A DNA stretch of 61,674 bases, taken from the NCBI GenBank assembly GCA_016217975.1, contig JACRFH010000028.1, forward strand, positions 1-61,674. Reading direction: 5' to 3'. The DNA comes from Candidatus Kaiserbacteria bacterium. GTDB lineage: Bacteria > Patescibacteriota > Minisyncoccia > Phycocordibacterales > UBA2100. The notes under the pieces are model-generated. The model searched no databases. It was not told where the DNA came from and saw nothing but the letters and a program-made list of their open reading frames with translations. Below, piece by piece: positions 52,111 to 59,789 of this stretch (position 1 is the stretch's first letter; each line of letters begins with the position of its first letter). The position numbers were made by a program, and so were the translations under genes.

Positions 52111-52133
52111 ATGGCAAGGTTCGACCTTGCCAT
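52111..52133. repeat. REP-A palindrome copy 3 (loop variant TTCGA), terminator-like
   Basis: AAAAATGGCAAGGTTCGACCTTGCCATTTT, 70 nt downstream of the minus-strand stop at 52204. Confidence 0.9.
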
Positions 52134-52203
52134 TTTCACGGCGTGCATTGCTGTTTTTAGGTATATCTCTAGCCTCCGCGGCCGCATCAGCTAGCGATAT
52201 ATA

Positions 52204-53277
52204 TCAAAACGCCTCGGCTGCTGAAGCCGTGATTGCGCTCGGATCCACTGTGGGCCGCGTGAAGATGAAATTGTCGGCTGTTGCAAATAGAGTGCCCATG
52301 AGGACAAAAAGCGCGCCCGCGGCGATTGCTTTGCCGCGGTGATGCCACCTCAATTCAAGCCCGGTCGCAAGTGCAAATATCGCCGCGAGGAGGAGCGCCA
52401 CGAAATAATATGCGTATTGCAAAAGCGAGCGCGGCGAACCGAACATGTGCGCCCAGAATGATGCGTATCGCGGCGCAGGAGCGGACTGGACTCCAGATTG
52501 CGCGCTCTGCGGTTGTCCTGCGGTGGAATCAAGCACGGTTGCAGGCGAGGGCGAAGCAGCAAGTACATCTTTTTGAGAAACTTCTTTTCCGGTGAGCGGT
52601 GCGGGCGCCAGCTGATCGGCTGGCTGCGTGCTTGCACCGAGCACAACCGTCCCTGTTGCAGTGGTTGCAAGCGCTGGCTCGGCGGGATTTTGCGGCGTGA
52701 TCTCATGGGTCGGCGCACCCGCCTTCGCCGAGGCTTCGGCGGGCAAGCCAAATTCCTGCACGACAAATGTCGTCGAGCGGCCCTCATAGAAGCCTTGCGC
52801 AACCGCGATCCCGATTTCGGTAAAATGCGGATCAAGAATATTTTCGCGATGCGTGCGCGAATTCATCCATGCATTATTTACATCCGTCGAATCGCTAAAA
52901 TCTACCGCCAGATTCTCCCCCGCATATTTGTATCTATACCCAGCTTCCTCAAACCAGTGCCATGGATCGACACCCTCCGGCGAAATATGTGCAAAGTAGC
53001 TCTTAGCTGCCATGTCGTTGGCCTTGGCTTGTGCCGCAGCAACCAAAAGAGGATTGAGAGTCAGCGTCGAGACGTTGTTGACATTGCGATCGTTGTTGGC
53101 CATGTCAACCAAGACCGCGGCCATGACCGATGCGTACTGAGCAGTGCCAATAAGATATTTATCGAGCGAGGTGGCAACAAAGATCACGATAGTGAGCGCC
53201 GCGACGGAAAGCCCTGCCGCGCCTACGAGCTCAAATTCTCGCCAAGACAGTTTCTTGTCTTTATGATTCTTCACCAT
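52204..53277 (-). CDS. Membrane-anchored CAP/SCP (PR-1-like, YkwD-type) domain protein
   Basis: N-terminal helix. CAP core AKANDMAAKSYFAHISPEGVDPWHWF...YAGENLA...AWMNSRTHRENILDP. Low-complexity linker and C-terminal helices. Confidence 0.75.
   Translation of the reverse strand: MVKNHKDKKLSWREFELVGAAGLSVAALTIVIFVATSLDKYLIGTAQYASVMAAVLVDMANNDRNVNNVSTLTLNPLLVAAAQAKANDMAAKSYFAHISPEGVDPWHWFEEAGYRYKYAGENLAVDFSDSTDVNNAWMNSRTHRENILDPHFTEIGIAVAQGFYEGRSTTFVVQEFGLPAEASAKAGAPTHEITPQNPAEPALATTATGTVVLGASTQPADQLAPAPLTGKEVSQKDVLAASPSPATVLDSTAGQPQSAQSGVQSAPAPRYASFWAHMFGSPRSLLQYAYYFVALLLAAIFALATGLELRWHHRGKAIAAGALFVLMGTLFATADNFIFTRPTVDPSAITASAAEAF
52718..52745. repeat. 28-nt hairpin element, copy 2 (identical to 22803..22830), in frame inside the CAP-domain gene
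   Basis: The same 28 nt are again read on the minus strand as PAEASAKAG. Confidence 0.9.
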
Positions 53278-53295
53278 GCAATTATATGCGCAATA

Positions 53296-55110
53296 TCACC
53301 CAAACGTAAACGTATAGACTTGTAGACCGGGATCAGAAATAATAAATTCAAGCAAATGATCGCCATAGACAGTGTCGTTTACAATAGTGTAGAGGCGATT
53401 CTCGTTGATTCGCACGTAGCTCCTGCCATCTTTGAAAATAATATCTTTGCCGGCAGACGCGGCATTCAGTGGCTCGCTATCGCGCAACACTTCTACCTCG
53501 ATGTCCTTCCCTGTCTTTGATCCGGCGACGATGTAGACGCTCTTGGCCTGGTAGCGATAGTCAATCCGATCGCTGCCGACGCTGCTGCTCCCCACGCCCG
53601 GAGGTGTCTCCGCATATTCAGGCATGATGCTCCACGATCCGATAAGATAGAGTGCGTTCTTTCTCACCGTATCCGGTTCGGTAAATATTTGCACGCCGCT
53701 CTTTCCGGCAATGCCATTCCCTAAATATTCGTTGCGAAGCGCGCCAAAATACGTCTCTCCCGAACCGAGTTTAGTTTCGTCAACCGATATCACCCCTGAA
53801 AGAGATGCAGCGGGCGCAGGCGGCATTGCCATCCCTAGCCTTTGTGCGCGCTCCTGCAAAGCAGTCTGTATTGCACGCTCGGTCTCGTCATAATTCCCTT
53901 CTCCAGCATGATCAAACACGATGTAGCCATCGATGTCGATGAGATACTTGCGCGGCCAATACTGATTGCCAAAGGCCCTCCACGTGCTGTACTCGTTGTC
54001 GAGCACCACGGGATATTTGAGTCCAAAACCAGTTACCGCATTCTGCACATTTCTAAGCACATGCTCGAAAGCAAACTCTGGCGTATGCACACCGATTATT
54101 TCGAGTCCCTGATCATGATATGTGTCGTACCAATCTCTCAAGTACGGAAGCGTACGCTGACAATTTATGCAGCTATAGGTCCAGAAATCAATGAGTACAA
54201 CTCTTTTCCCTTTGAATTCGCTGATCGTTATCGGTGTACCATCCGTATTAATGTATCCGTCGATTGAGGCAAGTTCGGGAGCTCTGTCAAACTGCATTGC
54301 CTTCTTTGCGTCACCGACGACTCCCGAAGTAGACGATGCGTCCTTGCAGGTACCATCGGAACATAGCAGCGGATTTTTTGCGGATTGTGCTCGTCTCTCC
54401 AGGAGATTTTGCTCAAGCTTGGTGATGTCATACACATGTGAAATGAGCCATGCTTCGAGCGGCTGCTCATAGCCCACGAATATAATGACACCAACGACGA
54501 TGAAGAGCGCGCCGATCGTACGCTTAAACCAGCCTCTCGGGTCCGCTGCAAGCCCAAGCTTGTCGACAAGTCTCTGTCCGACAAGTGCGACAACCAAAAG
54601 CATGAGCACGAGTCCGATCGTGTATGCGAGAAGATCCAATAGCCCCACCGCAAATGACGCTGGGAGCACGGTTGCGAGGATAACAAAATAAGTCGGACTG
54701 CACGTGGAAAACACGGGCCCGAGCGCCGCTCCCACCAATACATCTCCCCAGAATGAATGCAGTTGATAGCCACTAGCCACTAGGCGATTAGAATTCCGAT
54801 TCAGACGATTCACGACGGGAAGAGGATCCCAGATTTGCGGAAAGAGTGTTATGAGACCAAAGATGATCAGGATTCCGCCCGAAAACCGCTCGTAGGCATA
54901 TTGCGGAATGTCGATGAATAGCGTCGAAGATTTAAGAAGAAGTGTAAAAAGAATGACCGACACGCCAAGCGAGAGCGCGACGGTAACGGCACGAGCGCGA
55001 TTGACGCCGCCGGAGACCGACCCTCCGACAATGATCGGAAGAAGCGGCAGCACGCATGGCGCAAGCACGGTGAGCACACCAGCAAGAAACGCGATCAAGA
55101 AGAGTGTCAT
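53296..55110 (-). CDS. DipZ-like fusion: CcdA/DsbD-type membrane domain, thioredoxin-like (redoxin) domain, C-terminal beta-sandwich
   Basis: N-terminal CcdA-like helices with LAPCVLPLLP. Redoxin domain with WTYSCINCQRTLP (CxxC). Confidence 0.8.
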   Translation of the reverse strand: MTLFLIAFLAGVLTVLAPCVLPLLPIIVGGSVSGGVNRARAVTVALSLGVSVILFTLLLKSSTLFIDIPQYAYERFSGGILIIFGLITLFPQIWDPLPVVNRLNRNSNRLVASGYQLHSFWGDVLVGAALGPVFSTCSPTYFVILATVLPASFAVGLLDLLAYTIGLVLMLLVVALVGQRLVDKLGLAADPRGWFKRTIGALFIVVGVIIFVGYEQPLEAWLISHVYDITKLEQNLLERRAQSAKNPLLCSDGTCKDASSTSGVVGDAKKAMQFDRAPELASIDGYINTDGTPITISEFKGKRVVLIDFWTYSCINCQRTLPYLRDWYDTYHDQGLEIIGVHTPEFAFEHVLRNVQNAVTGFGLKYPVVLDNEYSTWRAFGNQYWPRKYLIDIDGYIVFDHAGEGNYDETERAIQTALQERAQRLGMAMPPAPAASLSGVISVDETKLGSGETYFGALRNEYLGNGIAGKSGVQIFTEPDTVRKNALYLIGSWSIMPEYAETPPGVGSSSVGSDRIDYRYQAKSVYIVAGSKTGKDIEVEVLRDSEPLNAASAGKDIIFKDGRSYVRINENRLYTIVNDTVYGDHLLEFIISDPGLQVYTFTFG

Positions 55111-55146
55111 GCAGAAATACTATCATTTTCGGGCTATAATTCCGAT

Positions 55147-56820
55147 ATGATATTGCGAGATCGAATAGCCGCTCTTATCAAGGGCGACGTACTGGATGAT
55201 GCGTTTACGCGGGCGAAATACAGTCGTGACACGAGTATTTTTGAGCGCTCTCCCAAAGTCGTCGTGTTCCCCAAAAATGCGGATGATGTTTCCGCGCTCG
55301 TAAAATTCGTGAATGACGCGCGAGACCACGGAGAGAATCTCTCTGTCACCGCACGATCCGCCGGTACCGATATGACCGGCGGACCTCTCACCGATTCAAT
55401 CTCTGTCGTCTTCACGAAATATATGAATCACATAATTGATATTGGGCCTGATCCCGACGCAAAGGACGGGACAGGTTATGCTGTTGCCGAGCCTGGTGTG
55501 TATTACCGCGATCTCGAAAAAGAGTCGCTAGCTAAATACGGCACTATATATCCGGCGTATCCCGCGTCGCGTGATCTCTGCGCGATCGGCGGCATTGTGT
55601 CTAATAATTCTGCGGGTGAATTGAATCTCCGTTACGGTAAGACTGATAGACACGTACGCGAGCTCGACGTTGTTCTTTCAGATGGTTCGCATGCGCAGAT
55701 TCAACCGATTTCGTTAAACGAACTTGCCGCCAAAGAAAAAGAAGCAACATTTGAAGGACGCCTCTACAAACAGATTCATGCGCTCATTGATGAGAACCGC
55801 GAGGAGATTGAGAAAGCCCGACCCACCGTCACCAAAAATTCTGCAGGATACGGTTTGTGGAATGTGATTGACGAAAAAAAGGGCATATTCGATCTTAATC
55901 AGCTGATCGTCGGAAGCCAAGGCACGCTTGCCTTTGTCACCCGCGCCAAGCTCGAAATGGTGAAGACAAAACCACATCGTGCTATGCTCGTCGTTTTCCT
56001 TGCGGATCTCCACATACTGCCCGAGATAGTGACTCGCGTGCTCGCCTTCGATCCCGAATCATTTGAATCATATGACGACAAGACCTTTTCTCTCGCGGTA
56101 CGCCTCATGCCGCGAATGCTTTCGCACATGGGCCCATATGCGGCGCTCAAACTCGGACTCGCCTTCATCCCGGATATTTGGACTGTAATCCGGGGAGGTG
56201 TTCCGAAACTGATTCTACTTGCTGAATTCGCCGAAGATTCGGGAGATGAAGCGGTCGAGAAAGCGCGAATGGCGAGACACTCGCTCGAGGGTCTCGCGGT
56301 CTCGACTCGCATTGCAAAAAGCGAGGCACAGTCGGCCAAGTACTGGAAAGTGCGACGAGAGAGCTTCGCGCTCCTGCGCAAGAATTTCCATGGCCGGTAT
56401 GCGGCACCCTTTATCGACGACATTGTCGTACACGTCGAGGACTACCCTAAATTCCTGCCCGAGCTCGAAAATCTGGTCCGCGGACATCGGTTCATCTACA
56501 CAATCGCTGGGCACATCGGCGATGGCAATTTTCACATCATTCCGCTTGTAAAAATGAACGGCGAAGCGGATCGCAAAGAAATGCTCGAACTCATGCCCAA
56601 AGTCTATGCACTTGTAGGGAAATACAGGGGCTCGATTACCGGCGAGCACAACGACGGCATCATTCGCACCCCGTACTTGCCCACGATGTTTAGCCCTCGT
56701 ATGATCGAGCTTTTCGCGCAGATAAAACACATCTTCGACCCCCTAGGTGTCTTCAATCCGGGAAAAAAGACGGGCGGGACCTTTGCCGATATCGAACGCA
56801 GTATGATCAAGAAAATATGA
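55147..56820 (+). CDS. FAD-linked oxidase/dehydrogenase (GlcD / D-lactate dehydrogenase-like)
   Basis: FAD_binding_4-like N-terminus (VVFPKNADDVSALVKFVN...VTARSAGTDMTGG). C-terminal GEHNDGIIR and IFDPLGVFNPGK. Confidence 0.8.
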   Translation: MILRDRIAALIKGDVLDDAFTRAKYSRDTSIFERSPKVVVFPKNADDVSALVKFVNDARDHGENLSVTARSAGTDMTGGPLTDSISVVFTKYMNHIIDIGPDPDAKDGTGYAVAEPGVYYRDLEKESLAKYGTIYPAYPASRDLCAIGGIVSNNSAGELNLRYGKTDRHVRELDVVLSDGSHAQIQPISLNELAAKEKEATFEGRLYKQIHALIDENREEIEKARPTVTKNSAGYGLWNVIDEKKGIFDLNQLIVGSQGTLAFVTRAKLEMVKTKPHRAMLVVFLADLHILPEIVTRVLAFDPESFESYDDKTFSLAVRLMPRMLSHMGPYAALKLGLAFIPDIWTVIRGGVPKLILLAEFAEDSGDEAVEKARMARHSLEGLAVSTRIAKSEAQSAKYWKVRRESFALLRKNFHGRYAAPFIDDIVVHVEDYPKFLPELENLVRGHRFIYTIAGHIGDGNFHIIPLVKMNGEADRKEMLELMPKVYALVGKYRGSITGEHNDGIIRTPYLPTMFSPRMIELFAQIKHIFDPLGVFNPGKKTGGTFADIERSMIKKI

Positions 56821-57860
56821 CTCGATTCCTCCGCTATATTCCATATTCGATATTCCTCATCCCTTTCAGTGCTTCCGCGCACGAGGTGTACGTCCTCGAC
56901 TCAGCCGCCATCATGCGCGATATCGTAAATCCCTCGCCAAATCCCCTCGCGCTCATTTTGCAAGACCCGCAACAATTCCTCTTCTGGGCTCTCATAGGCG
57001 CAATACTCATCTCGACTGTTTTTACGATGTCAATTACGCACCGCGTGCAGGATACGTTTTCACCATTTCTCATGCGCCTCAAGCCCTGGGCAGCGCCAAT
57101 TGCCCGCGTTACGCTCGGCGCATGCCTCATCGCGAGTGCATATAATAATGCGCTCTTCGGGCCAGAGCTTCCGTTTTCTGATTTCGGCACCTTTGGAAGA
57201 ATGATCCAGATCACGCTCTATATAAGCGGCATCTTGAGTCTTGTTGGACTTTGGACGCGCGCCGCAGGCTCTCTCGCGCTCTTGATATTTGCCGCTGGAA
57301 TCGCGAAATACAACATCTACATGTTCACCTACGCCAATTACCTCGGCGAGATATTCTTTGCGATGATCCTTGGAAGCGGACGATTCTCTCTTGATCACTG
57401 GCTGAACCTCCCAAAGATGGCAAGGTTCAACCTTGCCATCTTTGCCAAACTCGGACGGCGATTGGAACCGTACGCATTTCCCGTTTTGCGTATCCTTTTC
57501 GGAATCTCAATCGCATTCGCTTCGTACTATGCCAAATTTGTACACAGTCAACTCGCGCTCGACGTCGTCACCAAGTATCACCTTACCAACTTCTTCCATT
57601 TCGACCCTCTCTTTATTGTCCTCGGCGCATTCTGCGTGGAACTTTTGATCGGACTATTCTTGATACTCGGCGTCGAGATTCGCCATACTGCCCTTTTCTT
57701 CCTATTCTGGCTCGCCCTTTCGCTCCTCTATTTCGGCGAGGCCGTCTGGCCGCACCTTGTGCTCGTGGGCGTCCTCCTCGCGCTCTTTTGCCACGGCTAC
57801 GACAAACTCTCCTTAGAAGGCTACTACTTCAAACGAGGGTCCCGTGAGCCTGTGTTATGA
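56817..57860 (+). CDS. Polytopic membrane protein, two DoxX-like halves joined by a linker that contains a REP-A palindrome
   Basis: 347 aa with helices on both sides of residue ~200. The linker LNLPKMARFNLAIFAKLG is encoded by the palindrome at 57413..57443. The DoxX assignment is tentative. Confidence 0.5.
   Translation: MTRFLRYIPYSIFLIPFSASAHEVYVLDSAAIMRDIVNPSPNPLALILQDPQQFLFWALIGAILISTVFTMSITHRVQDTFSPFLMRLKPWAAPIARVTLGACLIASAYNNALFGPELPFSDFGTFGRMIQITLYISGILSLVGLWTRAAGSLALLIFAAGIAKYNIYMFTYANYLGEIFFAMILGSGRFSLDHWLNLPKMARFNLAIFAKLGRRLEPYAFPVLRILFGISIAFASYYAKFVHSQLALDVVTKYHLTNFFHFDPLFIVLGAFCVELLIGLFLILGVEIRHTALFFLFWLALSLLYFGEAVWPHLVLVGVLLALFCHGYDKLSLEGYYFKRGSREPVL
57413..57443. repeat. REP-A palindrome copy 4 with 13-bp arms, in frame inside a CDS
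   Basis: AAAGATGGCAAGG-TTCAA-CCTTGCCATCTTT. It has no flanking A5/T5 runs, unlike copies 1-3. Confidence 0.9.
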
Positions 57861-57897
57861 TTTTACTGTATTTATTTAGCAAGTAATTGATCGCGAT

Positions 57898-58236
57898 ATG
57901 TCACAAGACGACATGAAAGATGGTGAAGAAATCAAGATGACGCTGGAGCAGACTTTAAAAAACTTGGAAGCCACATTTAAGGAGAAGATTGAAGGCATGT
58001 TGGAAGATAAAGAGACAAGGGCATCATCGGACGAAGATTCAGATATGGGTAATTTCCTCCAAAACCTTCAGAGTTTTTGGACGAAAAAGAGAGGTGGTAC
58101 TAATGACTTTAAAAAGCAGCAGACTCTTGATCAAGTAGAGGCGTGGGCTAAGACTCTGCATCCAAAAGCGGAGATGTTTATGGAAGCAGACCCAGAAAGT
58201 GACTCGGAAGATCTCACCCTGCGATTGAACCCTTAG
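57898..58236 (+). CDS. Hypothetical acidic protein
   Basis: 112 aa, Glu/Asp/Lys-rich. No motif recognised. Confidence 0.35.
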   Translation: MSQDDMKDGEEIKMTLEQTLKNLEATFKEKIEGMLEDKETRASSDEDSDMGNFLQNLQSFWTKKRGGTNDFKKQQTLDQVEAWAKTLHPKAEMFMEADPESDSEDLTLRLNP

Positions 58237-58781
58237 ACTATTTCCCTCTTGGATCGGACGAACAACATCAGCACAATAAGAAATGCAAACAGCGAGAGGG
58301 CCATCATCGGGAAAGTTACATAGCCAAACTCAACGAAGGTAATTTTGGCACAGCTGGGACCATTCGCCGAACACGGCAGCGTGCCCGCAGGAAACATCTG
58401 TAGTGCATGATGATAGAGCGCAAACGCGGCACCTAATGCGGAGAGCCAGATTGAATACAGCACGGCCGCTCTTTGGAGATCGGGCTTCCAGAGTGCAAGA
58501 CCAAAAAGAAGCGCTTGTGGATACAGACATACGCGCTGCCACCAGCACAGGAAGCATGGTTCAAAGCCGAGGACTTCAGAATAGAAAAGCGTAAGACCGA
58601 TCCCGACAAGTGAGAGTAGGAATCCAATCCATATACCCCACCGAGCAAGAAAGTTGGCAATGTCTTGAAGGTCGGTGAATTTACGACGGAGGAAATAGAG
58701 TGCGAGAAATGCGGCAGCACCAAATTGCATCAAGACCGTGCCGACCGAGAGCCAGTAATTAAGCGTTTCCGTCGGAAACAT
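58233..58781 (-). CDS. DsbB/BdbC-family disulfide bond formation protein
   Basis: Four helices, the CxxC in FEPCFLCWWQRVCLYP, and a second Cys pair (LPCSANGPSC). Confidence 0.75.
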   Translation of the reverse strand: MFPTETLNYWLSVGTVLMQFGAAAFLALYFLRRKFTDLQDIANFLARWGIWIGFLLSLVGIGLTLFYSEVLGFEPCFLCWWQRVCLYPQALLFGLALWKPDLQRAAVLYSIWLSALGAAFALYHHALQMFPAGTLPCSANGPSCAKITFVEFGYVTFPMMALSLFAFLIVLMLFVRSKREIV

Positions 58782-58784
58782 ATC

Positions 58785-59219
58785 TCATTGAGCTTGTGAG
58801 CTCTGCGACGATGGTGTAGTTATCTTTGAAAACGCAGTTTTGTCTCCGGTAACCGTGCAGCCAGAAAATGCTGCCCACTCGTCTATGGTGTGCTCGCCAC
58901 CGAGCTCTGCGCCATCGGGCCGCACCCACGTAGGATACCCTTTTATTCCTTTATCGATACAGACTTGCGTCTGGCCCTGGCCATCAGGAGTCGAGCATTC
59001 CACGTAGGAAAGATAGTGGGCCGCTGAACCGAAAAGTGCCTTGGTGCGCTGACAATGCGGGCACCAGAAGGCCCCGTAGAAAATCACACCCTGTGATTTG
59101 ATGCACTGCGCCAATTTGTCGTACTGACTCGGCTTGGCCGTTATCAAGAAGCTCGACGCAAGACCAACGACAATAAGCGCCGCGAGAATTCCCCAGAAGA
59201 TCAAGACTCCTTTCTTCAT
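58785..59219 (-). CDS. Membrane-anchored thioredoxin-fold protein (DsbA/VKOR-partner-like)
   Basis: N-terminal anchor. GAFWCPHCQRTK is the CxxC. Lies 3 nt upstream of the DsbB-like gene. Confidence 0.7.
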   Translation of the reverse strand: MKKGVLIFWGILAALIVVGLASSFLITAKPSQYDKLAQCIKSQGVIFYGAFWCPHCQRTKALFGSAAHYLSYVECSTPDGQGQTQVCIDKGIKGYPTWVRPDGAELGGEHTIDEWAAFSGCTVTGDKTAFSKITTPSSQSSQAQ

Positions 59220-59248
59220 TGCGGAAAATATAGCATACTTCTGGTGAA

Positions 59249-59776
59249 ATGGTATACGAGGACATCATCGGCAGGATGACGAAGGGCTCAGGGTTTGGCC
59301 GTGACGAATCCGAGACCTCTTTCGTACTCAAAGTAGTGCAGCCCGGCTTGGTTGGTCTCATGGACGGCTCGGTCTCGACGCTCGCTCCGATTTTTGCCGC
59401 CGCATTTGCGACGCACGAACCGCATATCGCTTTTCTTATCGGCGCATCGGCCGCGACAGGCGCGGGCATTTCTATGGCCTTTGCAGAAGCACTCTCGGAT
59501 ACCGGCGAAGAAACAGGCCGCGGGCACCCATTCATGCGCGGCGCGATTGTCGGTGTGATGACATTCGTCGGCGGTATCTTGCACACGCTCCCATTTCTTC
59601 TCTCGCACTACACCGCGGCACTTTCCCTTGCCTTCCTGGTTGTCGGAATCGAGCTCGTTGCCATTGCGTACATCCGCTTCCATTTTTTCAAAATGCGATT
59701 TTGGATGTCGGTCCTGCAAGTCGTCCTCGGCGGTGCCTTGGTATTAGCGGCCGGCCTCCTGATAGGCAGCGCGTGA
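59249..59776 (+). CDS. VIT1/CCC1-family iron/manganese transporter (membrane domain only)
   Basis: GLVGLMDGSVSTLAPIFAAAF and MAFAEALSD motifs, 175 aa. Confidence 0.7.
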   Translation: MVYEDIIGRMTKGSGFGRDESETSFVLKVVQPGLVGLMDGSVSTLAPIFAAAFATHEPHIAFLIGASAATGAGISMAFAEALSDTGEETGRGHPFMRGAIVGVMTFVGGILHTLPFLLSHYTAALSLAFLVVGIELVAIAYIRFHFFKMRFWMSVLQVVLGGALVLAAGLLIGSA

Positions 59777-59789
59777 TACTCTTTGAGAT

